In this document: positions 49,759 to 61,974 of the stretch, one piece after another
How positions within the stretch are numbered: the stretch's first letter is position 1
Layout of the letters: each line of letters opens with the position of its first letter
Source of the DNA: Octopus vulgaris
Taxonomy: Eukaryota
Direction: 5' to 3'
Length of the DNA stretch: 64,000 nucleotides
Assembly: GCA_951406725.2 (NCBI GenBank)
Contig: OX597814.1
Coordinates: 107,074,001 to 107,138,000 of the forward strand
Notes under the pieces: model-generated
The model's input: only the letters and a program-made list of their open reading frames with translations
Database searches by the model: none
What the model was told of the DNA's origin: nothing
Program-made: the position numbers and the translations under genes

Positions 49759-49945
49759 GGATCTTTTCACTTTGACCGGCAGATTTAAAAAATAATTTCT
49801 TTGTAACTCAACTTTTAAACTTCGTATACTGGTAGAATGTGTTAGTTAAAACATCTTTTTCTCTTGGCTTTCTTGAGAAAATTCTGTAGTTTGTAAGCTA
49901 TTTGGAAATGATTTTTTAAATCTGCCGGTCAAAGTGAAAAGATCC
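49759..49945. mobile_element. 187-bp MITE, about 40-bp TIRs, 8-bp TSD (Merlin-like)
   Basis: GGATCTTTTCACTTTGACCGGCAGATTTAAAAAA / TTTTTTAAATCTGCCGGTCAAAGTGAAAAGATCC, flanked by ATTCTTTT on both sides. Confidence 0.85.
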
Positions 49946-51069
49946 ATTCTTTTACTTGTTTCAGTAATTTAGACTGCGGCCATGCTGGAGCACCGCCTTT
50001 AGTCGAACAAATCGACCCCAGGATTTATTATTTGTAAGCCTAGTACTTATTCTATCGGTGTCTTTTGCCGAACCGCTAAGTTACGAGGACGTAAACACAC
50101 CAGCATCGGTTGTCAAACGATGGTGGGGAGACAGACACCCAAGCATACACACACACAACGGGCTTCTTTCAGTTTCCGTCTACCAAATCCACTCTGCTAT
50201 AGCAGAAGACACTCGCCCAAGGTGCCACGCAGTGGGACTGAACCTGGAACCATGTGGTTGGGGCGTGGGTAAACAGCTCATAATTCTATATTATATTAAA
50301 GATCAAACAATTTTAAAATGTGTGTATTTAAGCTCTCGTTTTAAACTTACTATGAATATAAAATCAAGCATTATCTAAAATGCACGGGCGATTAACACGA
50401 TCTATGTCGTCTGGACCAGGCACATTTCGTGGGCGAGGTTGAGCAGAGTGACAAAAGGGGCAGCGAAATGTTAAATAAAGTTAAAGGAATTTAAACAATT
50501 AAATAATTTTATGTTGTTCAACAGCAAGGCGGAGGAAGAATATTTAATTATTGCACACAAACTATATTTGGTTTTCTCATTAATAACGATGTGGGTGGGG
50601 GCTGGGGGTCAAAGGATTTCAATATTATTCGGAAGGGGAAGGAACGTGACATTTCTCTGAATGAAACCCACAGGTTCTGGGCTTCATTGAAGCAAAGTTA
50701 GCTGCCATCACCACCACCGCCGCTGCCACCACCATCATCATCGTTTAACGTCTACTTTTCCATGCTAGCATGGATCAGACGCAATATGTTGAGGCAGGTC
50801 TTCTCTGACAGTATGCCCTTCCTGTCGCTCATCCACACCTGTTTCCAAGCAAGGTAATATTTTCTCCATACCTAAACATGTTTTCCACGGGTGACTGGAG
50901 AAGAACAACATCGCTTGTACGACGAGGATGCTCAATTAGAGCCATCACGTGATGTCTAGACAAGGGCACGCGTGTGTGTGTGTTGTATGATGAGCTTCTT
51001 ACAGTTTCCATCTACCAAACCCACTCATTAGGCTTTGGTTGACCCCAAGCTACAATAGAAGAGTCATAC

Positions 51070-51358
51070 TGTGGTGTTAGTGGTGTTATGGGCTGTGATG
51101 GAGCTATGTGGTGTTGGTGGTGGGGATTGCAGATGAGGTGGACGGAAGTAAAGCTTGCAGGGGCCGGTGAGATAGCCAGAGGGCACGCGTGGGCAGGAAG
51201 CACGTGTGGCCAGTTCGTGCAGAGACGGCTGAGAGACAAGACGTGTTTAATTCGTGAGAGTGACCGCTGATTTCGCCGAGGTCAACAGGTAAGGCCTTTT
51301 GTATTTCTTTCTCCCGTTTGCTTCTTTTTCTGTTGTCCTTTTCCTCCATCACACTACA
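51070..51358. mobile_element. Solo LTR (289 bp) inserted in a SINE
   Basis: TGTGGTG...CACTACA termini with 5-bp TSD CATAC (51065-51069, 51359-51363); SINE sequence resumes on both sides. Confidence 0.8.
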
Positions 51359-52661
51359 CATACCAAGGAACCACATAGTGGGGCTGAACTCAGGACTATA
51401 TGGCTGGGAAACAAGTTCCTTGGCCACATTCCCACGCCTGTGCCTATCTTATAAATGACCATACAGATTTGACCATTTACATAATGAGCTTAATAATTAG
51501 TTAAGATGTTGGGAGATAAGAATGACCACACGATAAATATGTGTTTCCATTAAAAATAAAAACGGCCCTCCATCAGTTACAATGATGAGGGTTCCAAATG
51601 GAACAGAATAAGACTGTTTGTGAAAATAACATACAAGTGGCTGAGTACTCCACAGACATGCTTACCCTTAACGTAGTTCTCAGGGAGATTCAGCGTGACA
51701 CAGAATGTGACAAGGCTGGCCTCTATTGAATTACTGGTACAACTCATTTTTGCCAGCTGAATGGAATGAAGTAATGAGAAGTAAAGTGTCTTGCTCAAGG
51801 TCAAAATGCGCTGCCAGGAATCACTCTCATTACCTTAAGATTCATCATCATCATCATTTAACGTCCGTTTTCCGTGCTAGCACAGGTTGAAGGGTTTGAC
51901 CGGGGTCTGGGAAGCCAGGAGGCTGCAATAGGCTCCAGTCTGATCTGGCAGTGTTTCAACAGCTGGATGCCCTTCCTAACTCCAACCACTCCATGAGTGT
52001 AGTGGGTGCTGCTTTTTACGTGCCACCGGCACAGGTGCCAGGGGAGGCTGGCAGCGGCCACGATTGGTTGGTGCTTTTTACATGCACAGAAGCCAGTCAA
52101 AGCGGTGCTAGCATCAGCCATATTTGGATGGTGCTTTTTACATGCCACCGGCACAGGTATCACAACTACAATTTCCATTTGATATTTATTTTGATGTTGG
52201 TGTACTTGACTCAATAGATCTCCTCAAGCACAGCAGGTCACCCTACGATCAAAGGTAAGCACAGCAGGTCGTTCTGCAATCCAAGCTACTTTGGATGGGC
52301 TGGGGCTATGCGAAACTGATGCAGGAAGCAATCATGAACTCACATTATTTGTCGGGTCTTTGCAGTCACAGCATATCTCCAGAGATCTTGGTCTTTCGTT
52401 ATTGCTTCTGTGAGACCCAACATTCGAAGGTCATATTTGACTACCTCATCCCATGTCTTCCTGGATCTACCTTAAGATTGTGGACCAAATACCCTAACCG
52501 CTACACTACATGCTTTCACTGTGTCTCCATACTTTTATTATGTTAAACAGTTTGTATATAAACAAATGTACAAAGTGTATTTATATCATATTAAAAAAAT
52601 ATTTCTGTAAAGAAGCAGGTAATACTTAAAGCTTTACAATATGGAAGATAAAGAAAATGTA

Positions 52662-52886
52662 AAAGTGATAGTATGTTGTTTAACTTAAAATGACAGTCCC
52701 ATAAAAGGGAAGAATGCTACTGTTATTTAGCCCTGTTGGACACATTTCCTGTGACCTTATGTTTTCAAAGGACACAAGAAATGTATCAAGTCCAACAGGA
52801 AACGATATTTCCTAGGGCTAAATAACAGTAGCATTCTTCTCTTTCATGGGACTGTCATATTAAGTTAAATAACATACCATCACTTT
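52662..52886. repeat. Nested fold-back (outer arms about 70 bp plus inner hairpin)
   Basis: AAAGTGATAGTATGTT...GCTACTGTTATTTAGCCCT / AGGGCTAAATAACAGTAGC...AACATACCATCACTTT; inner CTGTTGGAC..GTCCAACAG. Confidence 0.88.
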
Positions 52887-53184
52887 ATTGTGCTGCTACT
52901 GCATAAATCTCTCTCCGAGATTTAGAAATGTATTAATTCTATTTTCAAAGAGAATGTTCCAGTTAAATATGTTCTGTGACATGTGTCTGTTATTATAGAA
53001 ATAATAAAGGATAAAGAAGATGTTTATGCAGAATGGTGTCTGCAGATAATTATACAGAATGATGTGTGTCATTGTTCAGTTTTATTTCAAGATTTCTTGT
53101 CAACAGAGAAAGAGTCAGTTTCTAACCTAGATTCAAGGCTCCATCATTGGAATTTCAACATCAACAACAGGGTAGTTTTTGCTT

Positions 53185-53550
53185 GTATGTACGTATGTAT
53201 GTATGTATGTATGTATGTATGTATGTATGTATGCAGGCATGTATGAATGTATGAATGTATGTATGTAGGCATGTATGAATGTATGTATGTATGTATGTAT
53301 GTATGCATGCATGCATGCATGTATGTATGTATGTATGTATGTATGTATGTTTGTATGTATGTATGTATGTATGTTTGTATGTATGTATGTTTGTATGTAT
53401 GTATGTTTGTCTGTATGTATGTATGTATGTATGCATGTATGCATGTATGTATGTATGCATGCATGCATGCATGTATATATGCATGTATGTATGTATGTAA
53501 ACATGTATGTATGTTTGTTGTATGCATGCACGTATGTATGTATGTGTGTA
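53185..53550. repeat. (TATG)n microsatellite
   Basis: Direct reading of the sequence. Confidence 0.97.
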
Positions 53551-56215
53551 TATTTTGTTTTATGTGTGTATTCTCTTGCATATAGTTATATACCTAAACA
53601 TGTTCACATATATTTAAATGATAAACTTCTGGAAAGTTTTACAGATTCTTACAGTTCCAGTGATGGATTGGATCTGTAGTCTTTAAATTAGCTTTCTTCT
53701 TTTTGGTATTGTGAAGCTTTAAAAACAATAACTGCTAAAATCGAACTGCACTCTTCAAAACTTGCACTATGAATAAATACAAGGTAAAATTACTACTTGC
53801 TTTAATATCAACTTAATGCAGGTAGTTTATCCCACCCCCAGCCGAATTTTATTTCATGCAATTGAAAAACTCGCATTATTTATGGGATGACCCAGTATTT
53901 ATTGCTCATTTCTGTCTCCTCTTTAAACCTTTCCTGGTGATTTGTCGTCCACTTGAGCACTGTATACTATTAGATTATGGTTATATTACATTATATTACC
54001 ACTCAAGTACAGAAAGCATTGTAGTCAATTAACCACTTCCCCCACAAACTATCAGGCCTTCTGCCTATAACAGAAAGAATTCGGAGGTGACAAACAGACA
54101 AAATCATTAGCATGTCAGACAAAAGGTTAAGTGGCAGTTTCCAAATTCTTTACATTCTGAGTTCAAATACCACCAAGATCGTCTTTGGCTTTCATCCTTA
54201 CAGGGTTGATATAATAAAGTGTCAATGCAATCGACTCACCCTCTTCCCTGGTGTTATTGGCCTTTTGTCAAAATTTGAACCTATTGCATCATATTTTAGA
54301 AGTGAAAGTGTGTGGCCTTGTGGTTGGGAGTGTTGTACTCTCGGTCTGGAGATCGGGGGTTTCAATTCTCAGACTGGCTGTGCGTTGTTTTCTTGAGCAA
54401 AACACTTTATTTCACATTGACCCAGTCCACTCAGCCGTAAATGGTTAACTCTGCGATGGACTAACCTTGCAATCAGTGGGGAAGGTTGGCATCATTCGAA
54501 AGCTACAACGATGCGAAGTGCATTGTGATCAGCGATGTATAACAACATCCGATAGTCTGGTCGATACCAATATATATAAAACGTCAATGAAGTTTTTTTT
54601 TTTTTTGAGAGGCGGGGGTTTGTTTACGGCGAATTGGCAGAGTCATTAGAACATGGAACAGAGCGCTTTGCGGCATTTCTTCTGTATCTGGGTTCTGAGT
54701 ACGAATAGAGCGATAGCCTATTTGTGGTAGACTTAGACGGTCTCCCAGTTTAATACCACCATTTAGCAACTTGGACACCTTTAATAGAGTCTACTCTGTT
54801 GCAAGAATTTGGACCAAGTTTCAGGCTTGAAGATATCGGCTTCCTCCTTTCCTTCTACCAGGCGCCTTTTAACGGGCCGTGATAGTGATAAAGGGGAGAA
54901 AATAAAACACAATCTGTTAATTTGCATTATATATTCGTTTGGTTATGATGCTGAGACGAGACAGTCCCCATTAAAAGGTAGAAGAAAGATTAATTTGAAA
55001 ATAAATTAGAATCAACTGTAGAAAGAGAAAAGAATTTTGCTTGCTAACATAAGATAATGGAAACAATATTAAAAGATTGTTTGAAAACTAGAAACGAAAA
55101 AAAATTTTATTTGTCATTCTTCAAAGACCTAATTTAACGACGGTTTAACACGAGTTTTCTCCCTTTAAAGAATTACCCCCCTTACCAAACCCAAAATTAG
55201 AGAAATATTCTTTAGTTAACGTCGTCCTACAAACCTTTCGACTGCAGGTACAAGGCCTGAAATTTTGAGGGAGGGTGGAAGTCGATTAGATCGACCTCAG
55301 TGCTCAACTGATACTTGATTTATCGACCCCAAAAGGATGAAAGGCAAAATCGACCTAGATAGAATTTGAACTCAGAACGTAACGACGGCTGAAATACCTA
55401 TTTCTTTTCTACCCACAAGGGGCTAAACACAGAGGGGATAAATAAGGACAGACAAACGGATTAAGTCGATTATAACTGGTACTTATTTAATCGACCCCGA
55501 AAGGATGAAAGGCAAAGTCGACCCCGGCGGAATTTGAACTCAGAACGTAGCGGCAGACGAAATACTGCTAAGCACTTCACCCGGCGTGCTAACGACTCTG
55601 CCAGCTCGCCGCCTTCACGTAGCCCTACAATGTTGGGGTGTCATGGTTGGAATGCCTTTCATCTTTAATAGCCAACCACATGGAGTTGGAAATGGTAACA
55701 TTTCACGCTTTCTGTGGGTTTAAATATGAGGAAGTCAACTGATTCAGTGGGTCTGAAGGTGGAACACGCTCCCTGCCACCACCCCACCACAATCACCGCC
55801 TCACCCACCTCCGCTGTAGCAGCAGCACCCTCCTCCACCGCCACCGACAAATCTTTTATCTTTTACTTGTTTCAGTCGTTGGACTACGGCCATACTGGGG
55901 CACCGTCTTGAAGAAATTTACTCAAACAAATCAACCCCAGCTCTCGTTTTTTTTTTTTTTTTTTCTTTAAGACTGGTACTTATTCTAGCGGTCTCTTTTG
56001 CAGAACTGCTAAGTTTTGGGGATGTAAACACACCAACTACAGCTGTCAAGTGGCAGCGGAGGACAAACGCAAATACAAAGACAACAACAGCCCCCATATA
56101 TGTGAGTGTGTGTGTGTGTGTGTGTGTGGATATGTGTGTGTGTATGTGACTGCGTGTGTATCGTTGGCGATTTTTTTCCTCTATCTTCCTTTCTTTGGAT
56201 CTTTACTCTTTCTAT

Positions 56216-56250
56216 GTTTCTGACGAAAAGCTCTGCTCGAAACGTTAAAT
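56216..56250 (+). ncRNA. Minimal type-I hammerhead ribozyme motif
   Basis: GTTT-CTGACGA-A-AAGC-TCT-GCTC-GAAA-CG-TT-AAAT; palindromic AACGTT stem III; flanks resemble the 24.2-kb copy. Confidence 0.7.
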
Positions 56251-56348
56251 CCTCCTTCTTTCTTTCCTTTCCTGAGCGTCCAATAACACTATACTTGTTC
56301 ACCGTCCTTGCGTTGTTGTGTTTTCTCTTTGTGTTTTCATGTTTGGAT

Positions 56349-56400
<52 letters not shown>

Positions 56401-57424
56401 CATATATATATGGCACGTAAAAAGCACCCACTACACTCTCGGAGTGATTGGCATTAGGAAGGGCATCCAGCTGTAGAAACACTGCCAGATCAAGACTGGA
56501 GCCTGGTGCAGCCATCTGGTTGCCAGTCCTCAGTCAAAACCGTCCAACTCATGCTAGCATGGAAAACGGACGTTAAATGATGATGATGATGATGATGTAT
56601 ATATACATACATATGCAAACTGTCACAGAAGTCTGGTGCAGGCAGCTGCCTGGCCAGCTCCTGTCCATCTGCCCAACCCATCCCAGCATGGTAAGCAGAC
56701 GTTAAACGATAATGATGATGATGATATATATATATGTATGTATATATATATTTCGACAGGCTACTTTCAGTTTCAGTCTACCAAATCCACTCACAAGGCA
56801 TTGGTCAGCCCGACGCTATAGTAGAAGACACTTACCCAAGGTGGTACACAGTGGGACTGAACCTGGAACCATGTGGTTGGGAAGCAAGCTTCTTACCACA
56901 CAGCCACGCCTGCTCTTATGATATTAATGATTTTTAATTCTAATTTGTCTTTCCACACCATTTCAATGGTCAAATTAATCAAATTTAAAGCCATTTTTAT
57001 TTTTTAGTTAAACTTGGTAATTTTGTCCTGTTTTCAATCTTCCCTGTGCCCCACCCCTATCTTTTGTTTTATCTTTTACTTGTTTCAGTCATTAGACTAC
57101 GGCCATGCTGGGGCAGATGATGATGATGAATCAACCCTAGAACTTTTTTTTTATATAAGCCTGGTACCTATTCTATTGGTTCTTTTGCTGAACCACTAAG
57201 TTACGGGGATGTAAACAAACCAACATGGGTTGTCAAGTGGTGTTGGGGGACACACAGACACACACCCATAGATACATATGTCTACTGAATCCCCTCTCAA
57301 GGCTTTGGTTGGCCGGAGGATATAGGAGAAGTCACTTGCCTAAGGTACCATGCAGTGGGGATGAACCCAGAATCATGAGATTGGGAAGCGAGTTTCTTAC
57401 CACACAGACACGTCTGCATCTTAC

Positions 57425-57650
57425 ATCATCATCATTGTTTGATCGTGGTCGAGACAATGGAATTTACTATGTTACGCCAGACTTCACGGTCCATCATAGC
57501 ATTACAAAAGGTCCTGTTGCTGGATGCCTGTATCCCTGGAGATTACATCAGGGTAGGAGAGTGTGCGACATCTGGTATCGCAAGCAGATGACTTCCATAG
57601 GAGAAGAGTAGAAATTACCTCGTTTTCGGCTCTACAACAATGTCCAGCAG
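57425..57650 (-). mobile_element. RTE-like LINE 3' fragment
   Basis: Reverse-complement match to the 3' part of 48270-48690, including the TGATGATGA tail. Confidence 0.8.
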
Positions 57651-58292
57651 TCATTTGACTGCGGCCATGCTAGAGCACTACCTTTAGTCGAACAAATTGA
57701 CCCTAGGACTTGTTCTTTGTAAGCCTAGTACTTATTCTATCAGTCTCTTAGGCTGAACTGCTAAGTTACAGGGACATAAACACACCAACATCGGTTGTCA
57801 AGCAACGGTAGGGAGACAAACACAGACACAAACACATACATATATATGCAACGGGCTTCTTTCAATTTCCGTCTACCAAATCCACTCACAAGGTTTTGGT
57901 TGGTGGTGGTCATGACAATGATGATAATTTTAGGTAGAGCCAGGTGGAGGCTCGCTGCTTCTTCCTTCCATATTTGTTCTGCTACAAAAGAAGTTTGTCA
58001 ATACTTTCCTGTCTTTGGAAATGATGTTCTGTCTTGTGTGCGTGTGTTCTCCATCACTGCCTTGTCGCCATTGCTGTGTACAAAACAGATCAAACCAAAG
58101 AGGATTTTGTTTAAATCTTTTTTTTTTTTGTCCTTGACTGTGTGTGTGAGATAATTAAATGAATTCCTGGATTGCCCTGGAAATAAATTTCCATGACATG
58201 GCATGAAAAATAAACAACTAATTCTTTGGAAACCATTGCTGATCCAAAAACCAACTTGAAAATAAAAGAAAGCTAGTCAGCTCTCACCAGAA

Positions 58293-58314
58293 CATAATAA
58301 TAATAATAATAATG

Positions 58315-58368
<54 letters not shown>

Positions 58369-58402
58369 TCAGTGATATCAGTGATGATGATAATAATAAT
58401 AA
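58293..58402. repeat. (TAA)n microsatellite, probable Dong target
   Basis: Direct reading; abuts the 5' end of the LINE. Confidence 0.9.
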
Positions 58403-61400
58403 TGAAAGAAACGGGTGGAGCCTCATGGGCTGATTAATAATGATACATCTAGTGATGGTGTCCCAATAAATACATTGGTAATTGTGCAGCCTGATAATCG
58501 CTACCTCATAGCAGTGACAATGGAATGACAAAATATTGTGAATAGTGGTGGGGAGGAAACTGAAGCTAATGATGGTGACAGTGGTACACCCGGTAGGCTC
58601 AGAGATTCTGGTCTGGCTCCAGCCTGTCAATATCCAGAAAGGGACCACCACACACGGCGTAGATGGAGCAAGCAGATTAATGCTGTGGTCATGAAGTGTT
58701 ACTACCTGAGCAACCCGGTAGATGAAAATGGTGCTCAAGTTAGGGGTTTCCGACAACATATGTATGATCATTGGAGAGAAAAGGGACTGTTTCAACTCAC
58801 GGAACAGAGACTATGTGATCAAGCTAGAGCAATAAGGAAAAATTGTTGGTTCAAAGAAGTAGAGCTCGAAGCTATCAAAAGATGGGTCACGGAAAATAGC
58901 AGCTGAGACAACAATGAAAATACAGTTCTTACTTATAAGAGTAATCTCATAGCACAGGAAAGAAGCAGTGGTAGTTTATTTGATGAGAGACATATAGATG
59001 ATCTGAAAGAAGACGATAAAACTAATGGCGACATGACAGATGAACAGATCTACAACAGAATAAAGGCAAGACTACAGGAGAACAATAGCGACATTATTTG
59101 CAACCTTAAGAAGGTTGATCGATGGAAATTGAACCAAGAAACGAAAAATGTCAACGTAATTCTGAAATACATCAGAACTAACAACATCACAGAAACAAAC
59201 AATTTGATCAAGGCAACAAGTATTATTGTAGCAGAAAATGTGGGTGTTGGTGTCAAGAAAAAGAAACATAATAGGAGTGACAAAAGAAAAGATCCATGGT
59301 GGAAAAAGAAGGAATCCAGGCAGGGTTAGACATGCTCTCGAAGGAAATCTCTGTGTTAGACCAAAAAGGGAAAGGGAAGCTTAAAAGTGAACAAAAATAC
59401 AGGGCGCTGAAAAGGACATATAATATTGAAAGAAAGGGCCTGTAAGTAGTAGTGGAGGAACTGGAACAGCCCCTTGTTGCAAAGAAAGCAAAGATGGTAA
59501 GATATGACCAAAGAATGAAGGGTTACCACCAGAATAGGTTATTCAGAGTAGATTAAAAGAGATTCTATAAAGAAATAAATGGAGAGTGTACAGATGAAAA
59601 GTTGATACCAGATAACATTGAAAGTCAAAAGTTTTGGAGTGACATGTAGAACAAAGACAAGGAGCACAAGAAGGATGCTGAATGGTTGCAAGAAATGACA
59701 CAAACAATAGTCTGTCCAAAACAGGCAGAACTAGTCATTTTCAATTAGGGAAGTAAAGGAAATCAGATGAAGTTCAAGGCTACTGGATCAAAAGATTTGG
59801 TGAATGTCATGCACAAATAGCCGCGCAACTCAACTCCTTGTTAAATACCAACCAAGTAACACCAGAGTGGTTGACATTAGGCAGGACAGTGCTGTGCTTG
59901 AAAAACATCAGAAAAAGCAATACGGTAGACAATTATAGGCCGATATCCTGTTTGCCACTTATGTGGAAGTTATTGACTGGAATACTCGCAGAGTCAATAT
60001 ACGAACATCTGGAAAGAAATGGAGTCCTGCCACATGAGCAGAAGGGTTGCAATCGTAAGTGCAGAGGTACCAAGGATTAACTTTTGATAGACAAAACTGT
60101 ACTTAGAGATTGCAAGAGGAGGAAAAGTAAATTAGCCATGTCATGGATTAACTATCGTAAGGCGTACGATATGATCTCACACTCTTGGATAATAGAATGT
60201 ATGAACCTATTTGGTATTGCATCAAATGTTGAGCGATTGCTTGGAAAAAGTATGGCGAATTGGAGGACGGACCTGACAGCATACGGAAGAAGTTTAGGGA
60301 CAGTAGAAATTAGGAGAGGCATCTTCCAAGGGGACTGCCTGTCCTCACTGATCTTTGTACTATGCTTGATACCACTGACACTGATTCTGAGGAAAGCAAA
60401 AGCTGGGTATGTATTCAAGAGCCACCAACAAAAAGTCAACCAGTTGTTATTCATGGATGACCTCAAACTTTATGGTAAAGATGAAGCCCAAGTCAGTTCC
60501 CTCGTTCATACAGTGTATACCTTCAGTGCTGATATCGGAATGGAGTTCGGATTGAGAAAGTGTGATGTGTTAGTCTTGAAGAGAGGCAAAATCAAATGTA
60601 TGGACGGACTAATGATACCATCAGGGGAGGTTATAAAGCAGATAGAAGAGACGGGCTATAAGTACTTGGAGATCTTGGAAATGGATAAATTGGTGGGGAA
60701 AGAAATGACAGAAAAATTTAAGGTTGAGTACTTGCTCAGACTGAGACTGATCCTTAAGTCGAAATTGAATGGATAGAATAAGATCGAAGCTATCAACACC
60801 TGGGTGATTTCACTCCTTAGATATGAAGCAGGAGTACTCACAGTAGATGAAATAAGCAGCTTAAACAGAAAGACAAGGAAGTTGCTAACTAGATATGAGT
60901 CACTCCACCCAAAAAGTGACACAGACAGACTGTATGTACCAAGAAAAAGAGAGGAAAGAGGACTTATTGGATGCGAATACAGCATTAGATCAGAAGAAAA
61001 TAACATAGTATGGTATGTAAAAAATGCCACAGAACCACTATTATTAGAAGTAAGAAGGCCAGGCCTGTGTAGGATGAAAGATTGCACAGATAAAGCACTA
61101 TACAAGAAATTGAAAGCGAATGAAACTGAAAATAGGTGGATAAAGAAAAGAATACATGGTCAATTTCATAGGGATGTTGAAGAAAAGACAGAGAAAAAGA
61201 GATGGCTGTGGATGACTAAAAGTGATTTAAAACCGGAAACGGAGGCTCTAATCGGTGCTGCCCAAGAGCAAGCATTAAGAACAAACTACATAAAATACAG
61301 AATAGACAACACAGCAGAAAGTGATAAGTGCAGAATCTGTGAACATATTACCAAACAATGTACGCCACTAGCCGAGAAGGAATATAAGAGACGTCATGAC

Positions 61401-61954
61401 AATATAGCCAGGCTTGTCCATTGGACACTTTGCAACAAGTATGGACTTGACAGAGCAAAAAATTGGTACAACCACAAACCTGAAGGCATCATCGAAGATA
61501 GAAATGCAAAGATCCTATGGGATTTTATGAGTCAGTGTGACCATGAGATACAGAATAGGAAGCCAGACATAGTCTTAATTGAGAAAGAAAACAAACTATG
61601 CTGGATCATAGATATAGCATGCCCAGCTGACAACAAGGTATGTGGTAAGGAAGAAAGAAAAGTTGAGAGATATGACAGGTTAGCTTGGGAAGTTAAGCAG
61701 TTGTGGTCGATGAAAAAGGTTGTAGTAGTACCAATAATTGTCGGAACCCTGGGAACAGTGAGTAAAAATCTTGAGAAGTACGTGGAACAATTAGGAGCTG
61801 CAATAAAGGTGGAGCACTTGCAGAAAACGGCACTGCTTGGAACTGCTCGAATACTTCGGAAGATGCTCGAAAAATAAGGGCTGTTACCTTAGTTCACTGG
61901 AAGTGAACAGCTGGCACTGTAGTACACCTCCAGCGTTAGAAGCTGTGCAAAAGC
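58403..61954 (+). mobile_element. Near full-length, inactivated R4/Dong-like RLE non-LTR retrotransposon
   Basis: N-terminal RRRWS..VMKCYYLS..TEQRLCDQARAI. RT motifs [47 protein letters not shown] zinc finger, RHD, KPDIV and IDIA RLE motifs. Several stops and frameshifts. Confidence 0.93.
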
Positions 61955-61974
61955 AATAATAATAATAATAATAA

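Noticed and set aside
53133-53679. Long HTYI/MYVC ORFs (also 32154-32556 and 28768-29026)
   Set aside because: These are translations of simple-sequence repeats.
58403-58540. HDV-like ribozyme in the LINE 5' region
   Set aside because: I could not identify the nested pseudoknot pairings by eye.
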